Source: Desulfatiglandales bacterium
GTDB taxonomy: Bacteria; Desulfobacterota; DSM-4660; Desulfatiglandales; Desulfatiglandaceae
Direction: 5' to 3'
DNA length: 64,000 bases
NCBI GenBank assembly: GCA_963662465.1
Contig: OY759599.1
Coordinates: 2,112,001-2,176,000, forward strand
Each line of letters opens with the position of its first letter. The stretch's first letter is position 1. The notes below the pieces were generated by a model, which did no database searches, was not told where the DNA came from, and saw nothing but the letters and a program-made list of their open reading frames with translations. Of the stretch, positions 9,588 through 18,343 are shown one piece after another. The position numbers and the translations under genes were made by a program.

Positions 9588-12500
9588 TTAGAGGATTACC
9601 GGACCGTCTTTCAGGGCCGCTTCAATGGCATTTCTGGCGTTGTTTAGCCAGTCATCGAGTTCCCCCTGGTTGTGAATGGTGGCGCCGGAAAGGGCGACGC
9701 GGCGGGCCTTGGGTTCGGCTTCGATAATAGCGGCGGCAAGGGCCTTGTCAAACTGGGCAGCCAGGGCATCTGTCTGTGACTGCCAGTTCACCAGGGAACA
9801 AGACTGAAGCGCAGAAAGGAGTTGCACTTCGGAATCCGTAGCGGGAGCGGTTCGTTCAAATGCTCCGGCGCTGGAGAGCAATGAACGGCGTTTTTCTTCC
9901 GACAGTTTCCGCCACGCCGCGTTGCTGGCAATCCGCGCGGTTTGAGCCGCGAACATGTCGGCATAGGCCTTGTGTGCACGGTTGAGACCGGAACGTAGCG
10001 CATTACCTGCCGCTTTTAGAACGTGAGAGACCGGGTCCGGATCATCCAGCAGGGACCGATTGGCGCGAATCGCGGTAAGGGTAGCAGTCCATTCGGCCTG
10101 TTCAGGCAAACCAACTGCTTGAGCCAAAAGCTTTTCGGTCAGGACAAAAGCGGGAAGTCGTTTGGTGATTTCTTCGCCGGTGGCTTTCCATGTGTTGATC
10201 TTAGCCAGCAGGAGATCCCGTTGGTTGTATAGTTCCAGGAGGAGATCATTGCCGGAGAGGGATTCCAGGGCGATGATTTCCGGAGCGGCCGGCGCCATGG
10301 GTACAGGCGCTTCTCCGCCGGCCTGTGCGGAAATGGCTTTGGCGTGATCGATAAATCGGATTGCATCGGAGGGTTCGTTGCCGGGAGTAATCCTGGGTAA
10401 ACCGGCTTCCTGGAAGAGCTTCCGAACAGCGAGCTTTTGAAGGGCGGTAAGCACCGGACTTTCCGTTCGAAATGACGCCTGTCCGAGCTTTTTCTGGTCC
10501 ACTTCAGCCAACGGGAGCGGGTTGGCCCCTATGCGGGCGCTGAGATGACTGCTGGCAAGTAGCGTCGTCAGAACACCATCAATGGCGTCCTGGGGCCAGC
10601 CAAAGGGCGGAAGTTTAAATTTCTTGCGGATATCCAGACCCGTTTTTCCGGCGCCCATGAAAGCGATGATCGCTACCGCCACGGGGTGATTCTGCGGTTC
10701 GCCGGTAAACCCCACCTGCTCCAGTGCGCCGGGAGAGCCTTCCTTGGCTTTCTTGAGAACCTGGGGCCATCTGGCCGAATCTCCATCATTAAACCTTGGG
10801 TATAACCGATTGAGGACCTGTTTGGCCGCATCCTCCACACCTTCCTTGAGTCCGGCAAGAGACTGGTCCTGTCCGCCCGAAAGGAAGAGGCGTGCGCCGC
10901 CGATGATCTGCCCAATGAGATCCTCGATACGCTGGTCTTCGGCGTTCTGTTTGGTTACCACGGACTGCCGGCATTCCTTGCCCTCCCGGGAGGTGGGATT
11001 GCCTTTGAAGTGAAGGGTTTCCTCGGCGGCCTGAGCGGAGGCGATGGCGCTTTTGAGTTCATCTGCATGGGATTTAGGGATAAACAGGTGGAGCGTGGGG
11101 TCATCGGTGCTGAGCTTTTGGATGTCGGCCAGTACAGAGGATTCCAGGGCCGAAAACCCGTCTCGCACCCAAAGCGTAATGGCATCGCTGTCATCCGGCT
11201 TGCTTTCACTGTGGTGGACAATGACCTTGCGGCGTTCCTTGGCGTCGCCGTGGAGCACGGAAGTGCTGCCGAGAGCGTTCATCAGGGCTTTGTTCAGAAG
11301 CTGAGACCGGTTGGAGGCGATCAAAGGATCGTCATTCATTACAGTGGCCCGGCGTTTTCGGAATTCTGCCTCCCAGGCGGCCCCTTCAGTGGTTTGCAGA
11401 CGGTATTCACTGTCCACCTTCATGAGAACGCCGTCCTGCTCCATAAGGTCAATCAATCCGGGAAGCTGCGCTCTGAGTTGGGTACTGCCTGTTACAAGAT
11501 CATCACTGAGCAGGTCAGCCAGGTGTTCGGGTTCGGCCCGGACGCCTTGGTCTGTGCCGTGTTCCCGGGGGAGTTTGTTGATTAGAAAAACCAGTGCACA
11601 AATACGGCTTCGCAGGCCGCCATCGGGTTTGACCTTCTGCTGCTCGATGATTTCCTGAAAGCGCTTCTGCATTTCGCCGCTGGTCACAAGGATGACAGCG
11701 ATCTGGTCGTAAATAAAGTCAGCCGGCACAACAGCACCCAGCTCGGCATCAGCATAGGCCCGGCACGCTTCGTGAACAACGCTGAGCTGGGTGCGCATCT
11801 GTGCGGTCGTACCTGTAGCGTCAACGGAATGAAGAACGGCGTTCCAGAATCTGCGGCGCACGGGAAGGAGAGGATAGTCCGGGATGTAGGCGAGGTCGTC
11901 CTCAGATTGTGTGGCAAGCTTGGTCGCCTTGAGCTGGCGGGTGATCTCCCCTTCATTTTTATCAATCAACTGCTTGATGTGGACTTTTTTGTCTTCACGC
12001 TTCTGCAAAACAACGGTGCGGACCACCTTTTCGACGTCGTTGTCTTTGAGGTGAACCTTGATCGTGAAACGGCCCAGGAGGCGCTGAAGATTCGGCATAT
12101 CGTTGAGGGCGCTCTGGCCGGTTCCAACGATCATGAGTCGTCCGTCCATTTCCTTACTCAGCGCCTCGCTCACTTCCTGTACATCGAGGGCAGTTTGCGC
12201 ATCCTGCCCAACGAATTGCTGGATTTCGTCCAGTACCAGAAGGGTGCAGGGGAGTTTTTCGTTGGTTGAAATCGCTTCGCGTATGATATCCAGCATTTCA
12301 TCTATACTGACATCTGCTACATTCGGGTAATCAGCTCGGAGAAGGTTCCCCACCTGCGAGGGGTCCTTCAGGTGGTCGTAGCACTGTATGTAGGCCTTGG
12401 CCACTGCGCCGGAGCTGTATAACCGACCGAGTTCTTTGCTGAAGTCCTTCCCTTGGGCCTCAATGGCGTTCCTGAAAGCATCCAACATCCCATCCCGCTT

Positions 12501-13004
12501 CAAGTGGATGAGAAACCGGGCGTAGGGATAGCCTTCCGGAAGCCCGACCGATTTGAAGATCAAACTCATGACGCGCAGACGCACACTTCCTGCCCCGGCT
12601 TTAAGGGTGCCCCCGGCCATGTGCAGACCCTCGTGACGTTTGCCAAGGGTTGATATCTCTGTGAGGAGATCGGTGATTTCATCGGGAAGATGGGCAAGGG
12701 AGCGGGCGGTTGTTCCATCCGGAAACGCAAAGTTGGTCCAGAGATATCGCAAAACCTTGGCCAGGTGGGATTTTCCGCTCCCATAGAAACCGCTGATCCA
12801 GGCCGCTTTCTGCTCGGGAGCATTAAAGTTATCGAGATATCCCTGGAGAATGCGGCGCATGCCATTATAGTATTCACCCTCACAAACAAACGAGTCCAGT
12901 TCATATTTAAGCGTTTCGAGGTCTTCGGTATTGTTGCTGGAGACACCCTCGTTAACCAGCTTCCAGGACAGCGGGTCTTTCAAGAAGATTTCTTTGGTTT
13001 TCAT
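9588..13004 (-). CDS. brxC: BREX P-loop ATPase BrxC
   Basis: WISGFYGSGKSHL, LVLDEIQQF and DYPLLP; 1138 aa. Confidence 0.93.
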   Translation of the reverse strand: MKTKEIFLKDPLSWKLVNEGVSSNNTEDLETLKYELDSFVCEGEYYNGMRRILQGYLDNFNAPEQKAAWISGFYGSGKSHLAKVLRYLWTNFAFPDGTTARSLAHLPDEITDLLTEISTLGKRHEGLHMAGGTLKAGAGSVRLRVMSLIFKSVGLPEGYPYARFLIHLKRDGMLDAFRNAIEAQGKDFSKELGRLYSSGAVAKAYIQCYDHLKDPSQVGNLLRADYPNVADVSIDEMLDIIREAISTNEKLPCTLLVLDEIQQFVGQDAQTALDVQEVSEALSKEMDGRLMIVGTGQSALNDMPNLQRLLGRFTIKVHLKDNDVEKVVRTVVLQKREDKKVHIKQLIDKNEGEITRQLKATKLATQSEDDLAYIPDYPLLPVRRRFWNAVLHSVDATGTTAQMRTQLSVVHEACRAYADAELGAVVPADFIYDQIAVILVTSGEMQKRFQEIIEQQKVKPDGGLRSRICALVFLINKLPREHGTDQGVRAEPEHLADLLSDDLVTGSTQLRAQLPGLIDLMEQDGVLMKVDSEYRLQTTEGAAWEAEFRKRRATVMNDDPLIASNRSQLLNKALMNALGSTSVLHGDAKERRKVIVHHSESKPDDSDAITLWVRDGFSALESSVLADIQKLSTDDPTLHLFIPKSHADELKSAIASAQAAEETLHFKGNPTSREGKECRQSVVTKQNAEDQRIEDLIGQIIGGARLFLSGGQDQSLAGLKEGVEDAAKQVLNRLYPRFNDGDSARWPQVLKKAKEGSPGALEQVGFTGEPQNHPVAVAIIAFMGAGKTGLDIRKKFKLPPFGWPQDAIDGVLTTLLASSHLSARIGANPLPLAEVDQKKLGQASFRTESPVLTALQKLAVRKLFQEAGLPRITPGNEPSDAIRFIDHAKAISAQAGGEAPVPMAPAAPEIIALESLSGNDLLLELYNQRDLLLAKINTWKATGEEITKRLPAFVLTEKLLAQAVGLPEQAEWTATLTAIRANRSLLDDPDPVSHVLKAAGNALRSGLNRAHKAYADMFAAQTARIASNAAWRKLSEEKRRSLLSSAGAFERTAPATDSEVQLLSALQSCSLVNWQSQTDALAAQFDKALAAAIIEAEPKARRVALSGATIHNQGELDDWLNNARNAIEAALKDGPVIL

Positions 13005-13016
13005 TTCGGAGCCTCT

Positions 13017-13571
13017 TCATTTATTGGAAAGTATCGGGGTAGCCAAATAATTCCATCCTGTTCGTGCATCCAGAAAACGATAGGTATTTCCCTCCTTCTC
13101 TCCGGGGAAAAAAACAAGCAGGTATCCTGGGAAGGTTTCTTCGAGACTTTGAATCAAGTCGGATACGTGCAGAAAGTCGTACAGATCCATCAATCCAGTC
13201 AGAGCAAAGACGGTGCTCTCTGGTGAGGAGGCGCGGGCCACCTCTTTTTGGAAGAACTCCGTGAGAAGGTCTTTCCATTCGGTTTGGGCATACAGTTCAA
13301 TATCGCCGGGATGTTTGAACCATTCCTCCCGCTCTTTCTCATCCACTGAAGCAAGCCACTGGGCCAGGCTTCCTTTAAGCTCGATTCGAGCCCATGGATG
13401 GCCTGCGTCTTTAGTGGCCATCTCGAATTCGTCAATACGGTTGAGCAGCCTTCTTTCCTCAGCTGCGGGATACACCGCGAACCAGACACGCTGCGATGCG
13501 GGCAACCCGGCTCTTAACGGCATTTGAATGTGACTGCGATAATTTTTGACTAAATGGTCAATGCGATTCAT
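13017..13571 (-). CDS. brxB: BREX protein BrxB (DUF1788-like)
   Basis: C-terminal LLVFFPGEKEGNTYRFLDARTGWNYLA; lies between brxA and brxC. Likely ATG at 13571, overlapping the brxA end. Confidence 0.8.
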   Translation of the reverse strand: MNRIDHLVKNYRSHIQMPLRAGLPASQRVWFAVYPAAEERRLLNRIDEFEMATKDAGHPWARIELKGSLAQWLASVDEKEREEWFKHPGDIELYAQTEWKDLLTEFFQKEVARASSPESTVFALTGLMDLYDFLHVSDLIQSLEETFPGYLLVFFPGEKEGNTYRFLDARTGWNYLATPILSNK

Positions 13572-14343
13572 GAAGTAAAACCTGTTCTGCTTGGGTAAGA
13601 AGGTTGGAGAAATCAAATTCCACAATACCCCCAGCTTGTTTTAGTGAAAGCAGGCCTTTTGCGGAAGCCAGTGAGAGAGCAACCTGTAATTGGGATCGGT
13701 TGGAGGCAACAAGAGCCGCGAATGGTGAGTCGAGCAGCTGTTCTCCACGAAGCCCGGCAAGGTAACCGACAAACATGGCATAGGCAGCAGAAACGGGACG
13801 CGGCTCTGGAAATTGCCGGGTTTTATTCCTTTTGCCTTCAAGGTGCCCGGCAAATGTCCAGGTGGTGTTGACGTTTTGTGCCATCGATTTCTTCATGGCA
13901 GGGCTGAAGCGACCAGGAAAACCGTTTTCCAGATGCTGTTCCATGTCAGCTCTGGCAAGAACTTCGCCGCGCCGGAGCGTGCGTATAAACTCGAAGCTAT
14001 GGCGCAGCTGGGGATCTCGTGCATACGCGCAGACCAGGCAGAGCTGGGGTAAAGAATCGAGATCATCATGGCCCAGATCCCAGAGAACGCGGAACAAGGC
14101 TTTGGAAGGGTCCATGCCATAAAGTTCTCTTAAATGGTGAAGACTCTTCTTGCGGCTGCTCAATGTAGGTTTTTGCAGGACATTTTCATCGATGACGGCC
14201 TTGGCAAAATCGTCCCCGGTGACAGCGAGAGGCATATCAAGAACAAGAGCGCGCATCTCCAGAAACATCATTGACCGTGCCGAATGGCCCCCCCCACTGG
14301 CTTCAGAAAACCCGAATTGAATGTTCTGCATTAACATAGGCAT
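13558..14343 (-). CDS. brxA: BREX protein BrxA-like
   Basis: First gene of the operon, about 260 aa, with GGHSARSMMFLEM and ENVLQKPTLSSR. Start is uncertain (14343 versus 14493). Confidence 0.65.
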   Translation of the reverse strand: MPMLMQNIQFGFSEASGGGHSARSMMFLEMRALVLDMPLAVTGDDFAKAVIDENVLQKPTLSSRKKSLHHLRELYGMDPSKALFRVLWDLGHDDLDSLPQLCLVCAYARDPQLRHSFEFIRTLRRGEVLARADMEQHLENGFPGRFSPAMKKSMAQNVNTTWTFAGHLEGKRNKTRQFPEPRPVSAAYAMFVGYLAGLRGEQLLDSPFAALVASNRSQLQVALSLASAKGLLSLKQAGGIVEFDFSNLLTQAEQVLLHESH

Positions 14344-14685
14344 GAGTCGAGTAGGTCCGGTTTCCCCCGATATGGCAAACTTTTTCGTAGATGCGTTTGC
14401 CTCTTTTCGTAAAATAGGTTCTGGTAAAAATACAATAGATGTCTTAAGTAAATCAACCTGTTTCTCCTGAATAAACTCAAATCCGGCTGCCATGCGGCAG
14501 AATCGTAGTGGGACAGACTTAGGACCAATTATAACACAAGGGTTTGACGGATACGGTCACAACCGGATAACTTTTTTGGAAAACTGATCTGGCTTGATGA
14601 TTTATAGAGAGAAGAGAGTACAACTTTTGAGCTAAAGTGTCACGGACTATTGGTCAAATTTTGCGTTATGTTCCATCTTGCATAT

Positions 14686-14909
14686 CTGCTATGTATTACA
14701 GCCTTAAAAATGATATAAAGCGTTGCAATATAAGTTTATATGTCAAAGGATTCTCAGAGCCAAATGCTTTTCAAAATTAAATGTTTCACAGGTTTTGACA
14801 AAGAGCACTCTCATGGACTATTCTCAATATATTTCAACCAATGCCAGACCTGTAATACGGAATCAGATATCTCGGATTTACTTGATTTACCCGAATTGAG
14901 GATATCACA
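14686..14909 (+). repeat. att-like site 2: left arm, core and right arm; junction between the two cassettes
   Basis: 14794-14836 matches 17966-18008 at 39/43. 14824-14909 matches 482-565. The upstream motifs CTGCTATgTatTACAG and TATATGTCAA are echoed at equivalent spacing before site 3. Confidence 0.7.
14795..14824 (+). promoter_or_regulatory. Possible sigma70 promoter inside the left arm, facing the HK-REC-TIR operon
   Basis: TTGACA-N18-TATTCT; the same element is present at 17967-17996. Confidence 0.35.
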
Positions 14910-15223
14910 GGGTTTTAGGTTGCTGAAACGTTTGATTTCTGGGTAACATCTGTGCCGTGTAAGTCGATGTAATCAAGTAGTCTATTTAGTCCTTTTTCGG
15001 CTAAGGAAAAAAGAGAAAGAAAAAGTCTCCAACGAAAAAGGCGGATGTTAGAATATCTAAGGAAGTCAAAATATATTTATTTTATAATGACTTATTGACT
15101 ATTAACGCATAGGAGTGATAGGTGATAAACTAAGCAAGCTAAGAATCTATCCGAAAAATAATTTTCGGTTAACTTCCTTTTAAAAATCGATGTATTATAT
15201 TGATTCAAAGGAGGAACTTAACC

Positions 15224-15373
15224 ATGCAGAAAAGATTCAAACTTTCCGAGAGCCAAGGCAAAAAAGCCACACCTGCAATGCTAGAGGGCGGAGAGCTTTT
15301 GTTCGTGCTTGGATTTTTAGAGACACGCTTTAGGGCCAGTTTACCCAGCGGCGTTTCTGTTTCCGCTGGCTAA
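15224..15373 (+). CDS. Small 49-aa ORF upstream of the histidine kinase
   Basis: Strong Shine-Dalgarno AAGGAGGA 8 nt before the ATG. Translation MQKRFKLSESQGKKATPAMLEGGELLFVLGFLETRFRASLPSGVSVSAG. Below the ORF-track cutoff. Confidence 0.45.
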   Translation: MQKRFKLSESQGKKATPAMLEGGELLFVLGFLETRFRASLPSGVSVSAG

Positions 15374-15475
15374 GCTCTGCGTTGGAGATAGTTCTTATCA
15401 AAAAGAATTGATCTTAGCTCTTGATTCCTTTATGAGATCATTGCTTTTTGGAATAATGAAAACAGGAGCAATAAT

Positions 15476-16252
15476 ATGGATGAATTAAGGGCACTGAGAA
15501 ATGAAAATGCGCGATTGAAGCAGGAGCTTTCGGAAATAAAGAAAGAAAGCACTCAATATCTTCAAAATGTTGCTCATCAGCTTACAGCACCTCTCGGCGC
15601 GATAAAATGGAGCATTGAGGGCTTAAAAACAACTAAACCCGTTCCAATCGAAACAAGAAAAAGGCTTTTAAGTTCGGTCTATTCCCAAGCGACTATTCTT
15701 ATTCATTTGATCAAGAACTTTGCCCTAATGTCAAATCTGGAAGCAGATCATGAACTAGGACAATTTCGCGAACAGCCAGAGCCTGTAGATATGTTAAGGC
15801 TTTGCATAAACATGGTGAATGACTTCAAACCACAGGCAGTGGATTCCGACAAGAGTATCAAAGTAGAAGATGGATCATTTTTTGTTTACAGAAAGAGGCG
15901 TTTGAAAATAGTAAAAAACCTGATTGCTCAGGCCATATCAAACATCCTCGAAAATGCCGTGAAGTATGCTGACAAGGATTCTGATATAATTGTTAGTGCC
16001 GTGAATGAAGAAGATTGGGTGGGCCTCAGCATTACGAGTCAAGGCATACCAATTGGCGAGAAAGAGTCCAATCATGTTTTTGAGCGCAACTTCAGGGGGG
16101 AAGCAGCTCGTCAAGAAGTTCCAGCCGGGACGGGTATTGGATTGTACTTGGTTAATAGTATAATTAAAATCCATAATGGCAAAATTAAATTACTTCTCAA
16201 TAATAGAGTTGCTACATTCATTCTATTATTTCCTGAGGGAGATTTGGAATGA
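15476..16252 (+). CDS. Cytoplasmic histidine kinase without a sensor domain (HisKA + HATPase_c)
   Basis: H-box VAHQLTAPL, N-box NILENAVKYA, atypical G1 box TSQGIPI, F-box VFERNFRG, G2 box GTGIGLY. Only about 30 aa of coiled coil precede the H-box. Shine-Dalgarno AGGAG. Confidence 0.9.
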   Translation: MDELRALRNENARLKQELSEIKKESTQYLQNVAHQLTAPLGAIKWSIEGLKTTKPVPIETRKRLLSSVYSQATILIHLIKNFALMSNLEADHELGQFREQPEPVDMLRLCINMVNDFKPQAVDSDKSIKVEDGSFFVYRKRRLKIVKNLIAQAISNILENAVKYADKDSDIIVSAVNEEDWVGLSITSQGIPIGEKESNHVFERNFRGEAARQEVPAGTGIGLYLVNSIIKIHNGKIKLLLNNRVATFILLFPEGDLE

Positions 16253-16665
16253 AAAGAACAAAGGATATTGCATTATTTGTTGATGATGAACCTTATCTGC
16301 AACAGGCTTTATTTGCTGTCTTGGATGCCGATGGCATCAGCTGTGTTTCAACATCGAATGTATCTGAAGCAATGGCTTATTTAGAACAAAATAGTGAAGT
16401 CTCTATAATAGTAACAGATATAATGATGCCACCTGGCGAAAGATATGAACATGTTGATTCATCAGGTGCAGGGTTCTTTTTTGTTGATGAAGTGCTAAGA
16501 ACATTTCCCGAAATTCCCATAATCTGCTTGTCAGTGATAGGAGATCAAAGAAAAATAAACCAATTGAAAAGAAAGGGTGTACTTTATCTTAGGAAGGGTG
16601 AAACACCGCTGGATACAGCTATTAATCTAATAAAATCAAAAATACGAGGTTTTGTAAGTTTTTGA
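16249..16665 (+). CDS. Stand-alone response-regulator receiver domain
   Basis: FVDDE, VTDIMMP (phospho-Asp), ICLS and LRKG. ATGA overlap with the kinase stop. Confidence 0.9.
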   Translation: MKRTKDIALFVDDEPYLQQALFAVLDADGISCVSTSNVSEAMAYLEQNSEVSIIVTDIMMPPGERYEHVDSSGAGFFFVDEVLRTFPEIPIICLSVIGDQRKINQLKRKGVLYLRKGETPLDTAINLIKSKIRGFVSF

Positions 16666-16673
16666 GGTAACAA

Positions 16674-17513
16674 ATGAGAAAGGTTCTAGTAGTTGAAGAT
16701 GATTCTTTTTATTGCAGACGGTTGAAAGAAATTGTCATTGATAACGGCTTAGAATGTGTTGTAGCTTCAAGTCTTAACGATGCATTGAAAATTAATTTTG
16801 AAAACATTGATGCAGCAATTGTAGATGTGATGCTACCAAATAGTCCAGAACAAACTGGTATTTCATTAGAGGAAACAAGAGGAAACTTCCTGTCGGGCAT
16901 AGCTCTATGTCGTAAAATTCACAAAATGCATCAGGATTTTCCTATAATTTTAATTTCAGCAGATATTGCCGGTAATGAGGCAAGAACTTGGGCGAAAATG
17001 CGAAATATTCTTTTTGTTTGTAAGACTGAAGGGCCAGAACGTATAGTAAACGGGCTAAGAACTTTTGGGCTTTTAGCTGAAGACACTCCTAGAGCTTTCA
17101 TTGTACACGGACATGATGAAAATGCTCTTTTAGAGCTAAAAAATTTTATTCAAAATTCTCTCAAATGGAAGGAACCTTTTATTCTCCGGGAACAGCCTAG
17201 CTCAGGTAAAACCATAATTGAAAAATTTGAAGAACAAACACCTACTATTGATTATGTTTTCGTTCTGTTAACGCCTGATGATACCGTGTTGAATTCTGAT
17301 GAATCAAACGATCAGAAAAGGAGAGCAAGACAAAATGTTATTTTTGAACTAGGCTTTTTTTATGGACACTTTGGGAGACAGTCTGGTCGGATCTTAGTGT
17401 TACACAAAGGGCTTGTTGAAATCCCTACAGACATATTAGGGATAATATGGATTGATATCTCAAATGGTGTTGATCCAGCAGGTGAAATTATAAGAAAAGA
17501 ATTGGCCTTATGA
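16674..17513 (+). CDS. Receiver domain fused to a Cap12/Pycsar-type TIR domain
   Basis: REC: VVEDD, IVDVMLP, ILIS, VCK. TIR: AFIVHGHD, ILREQPSSGKTIIEKFE, FVLLTPDD, RARQNVIFELGFFYG (putative catalytic Glu) and IPTDILG. Confidence 0.9.
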   Translation: MRKVLVVEDDSFYCRRLKEIVIDNGLECVVASSLNDALKINFENIDAAIVDVMLPNSPEQTGISLEETRGNFLSGIALCRKIHKMHQDFPIILISADIAGNEARTWAKMRNILFVCKTEGPERIVNGLRTFGLLAEDTPRAFIVHGHDENALLELKNFIQNSLKWKEPFILREQPSSGKTIIEKFEEQTPTIDYVFVLLTPDDTVLNSDESNDQKRRARQNVIFELGFFYGHFGRQSGRILVLHKGLVEIPTDILGIIWIDISNGVDPAGEIIRKELAL

Positions 17514-17855
17514 AAATCGAAATTCTACGATTAACCTTTACTCTTTATTAAAACCTAAAAACTGCAATCGCCATCAGCCCTGGGCGGGCGTGGCTCAAGT
17601 GTTGAATCCGGTGACTCCTTTTGAAAGGCATTTTGATACATATATGCCATTGTATCATTACAATATCAAATATTCAACAATAAGCGCCTGCATATTTTAG
17701 GTGCTATATAATTCTGATCATCGCAACCCGGTGATATCATCATTCAGTCGAGCGAATCGAGGGTTGTGATAACGTCATGGCTCTAACAGCTTTTTTAATG
17801 GGCTGAAAGCCGGTTGTATCTCCAACATACAGCGTTCAAGGTGGACCTGTACTTA

Positions 17856-18008
17856 CTGCTATATCTCACAGTCGTTCGGAACCATTAATCACGTGTGATA
17901 TCGGTAAGATATATGACAATCATTTCGTTACTAAAAAGTTTGCTCCCTGCCAAAATTTCGATGGCTTTGACAAAAAGCATTCTCATGGTCTATTCTCAAT
18001 ATATATCA
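17856..18008 (+). repeat. att-like site 3: left arm plus core
   Basis: TTTGACAAAAAGCATTCTCATGGTCTATTCTCAATATATATCA (17966-18008) matches 14794-14836. Similarity stops after the core. Confidence 0.7.
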
Positions 18009-18010
18009 GG

Positions 18011-18265
18011 TTGGCGATGAAAATGCTGACCACAACATCTTATTTTATCAGGAAATTCTTTCCGAAAAATGAATTCCTTATTGAGCAAAAAGGCGAATCT
18101 TGCTTATTCACGGCTTCAGGGGCTTATCGCGTTGGCAAAATTGGCAAAATTTTCTTTGGCAAAAGTATAGAGAGGGCTTTGTCAAGCGTTAAACAGCATA
18201 TGAAAGAAGAAGGTGAAAATCTAAAAAGCATTCTGGAATCAGAATTTGCTAATACCTCCCGGTAG
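18011..18265 (+). pseudogene. Probable 3' remnant of an SRPBCC/START-fold gene
   Basis: FLIEQKGESCLFTA...VKQHMKEEGENLKSILE resembles the C-terminal strands and helix of SRPBCC proteins. No N-terminal half or ribosome-binding site is evident. Confidence 0.45.
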
Positions 18266-18343
18266 GATGTGCCATTCCAAAACCGCCACATCTCTCGGCA
18301 CATATTGCCAGTAACTCCTAATGGCGGATTTCTCCATGTAAAT

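Noticed and set aside
14344..15200. BrxR/WYL regulator upstream of BREX
   Set aside because: No ORF of suitable size or motif. The short ORF at 14740-14946 overlaps the att-like site and looks spurious.
16674..17513. Calling the TIR gene part of CBASS, Pycsar or Thoeris
   Set aside because: No CD-NTase, Pycsar cyclase, STING/cNMP-binding domain or ThsA-like gene lies in the cassette or window; the fused domain is a receiver.
482..18008. Integron attC array or CRISPR array as explanation of the repeats
   Set aside because: No GTTRRRY/RYYYAAC-bounded hairpins, no intI or cas genes, and no regular repeat-spacer period.
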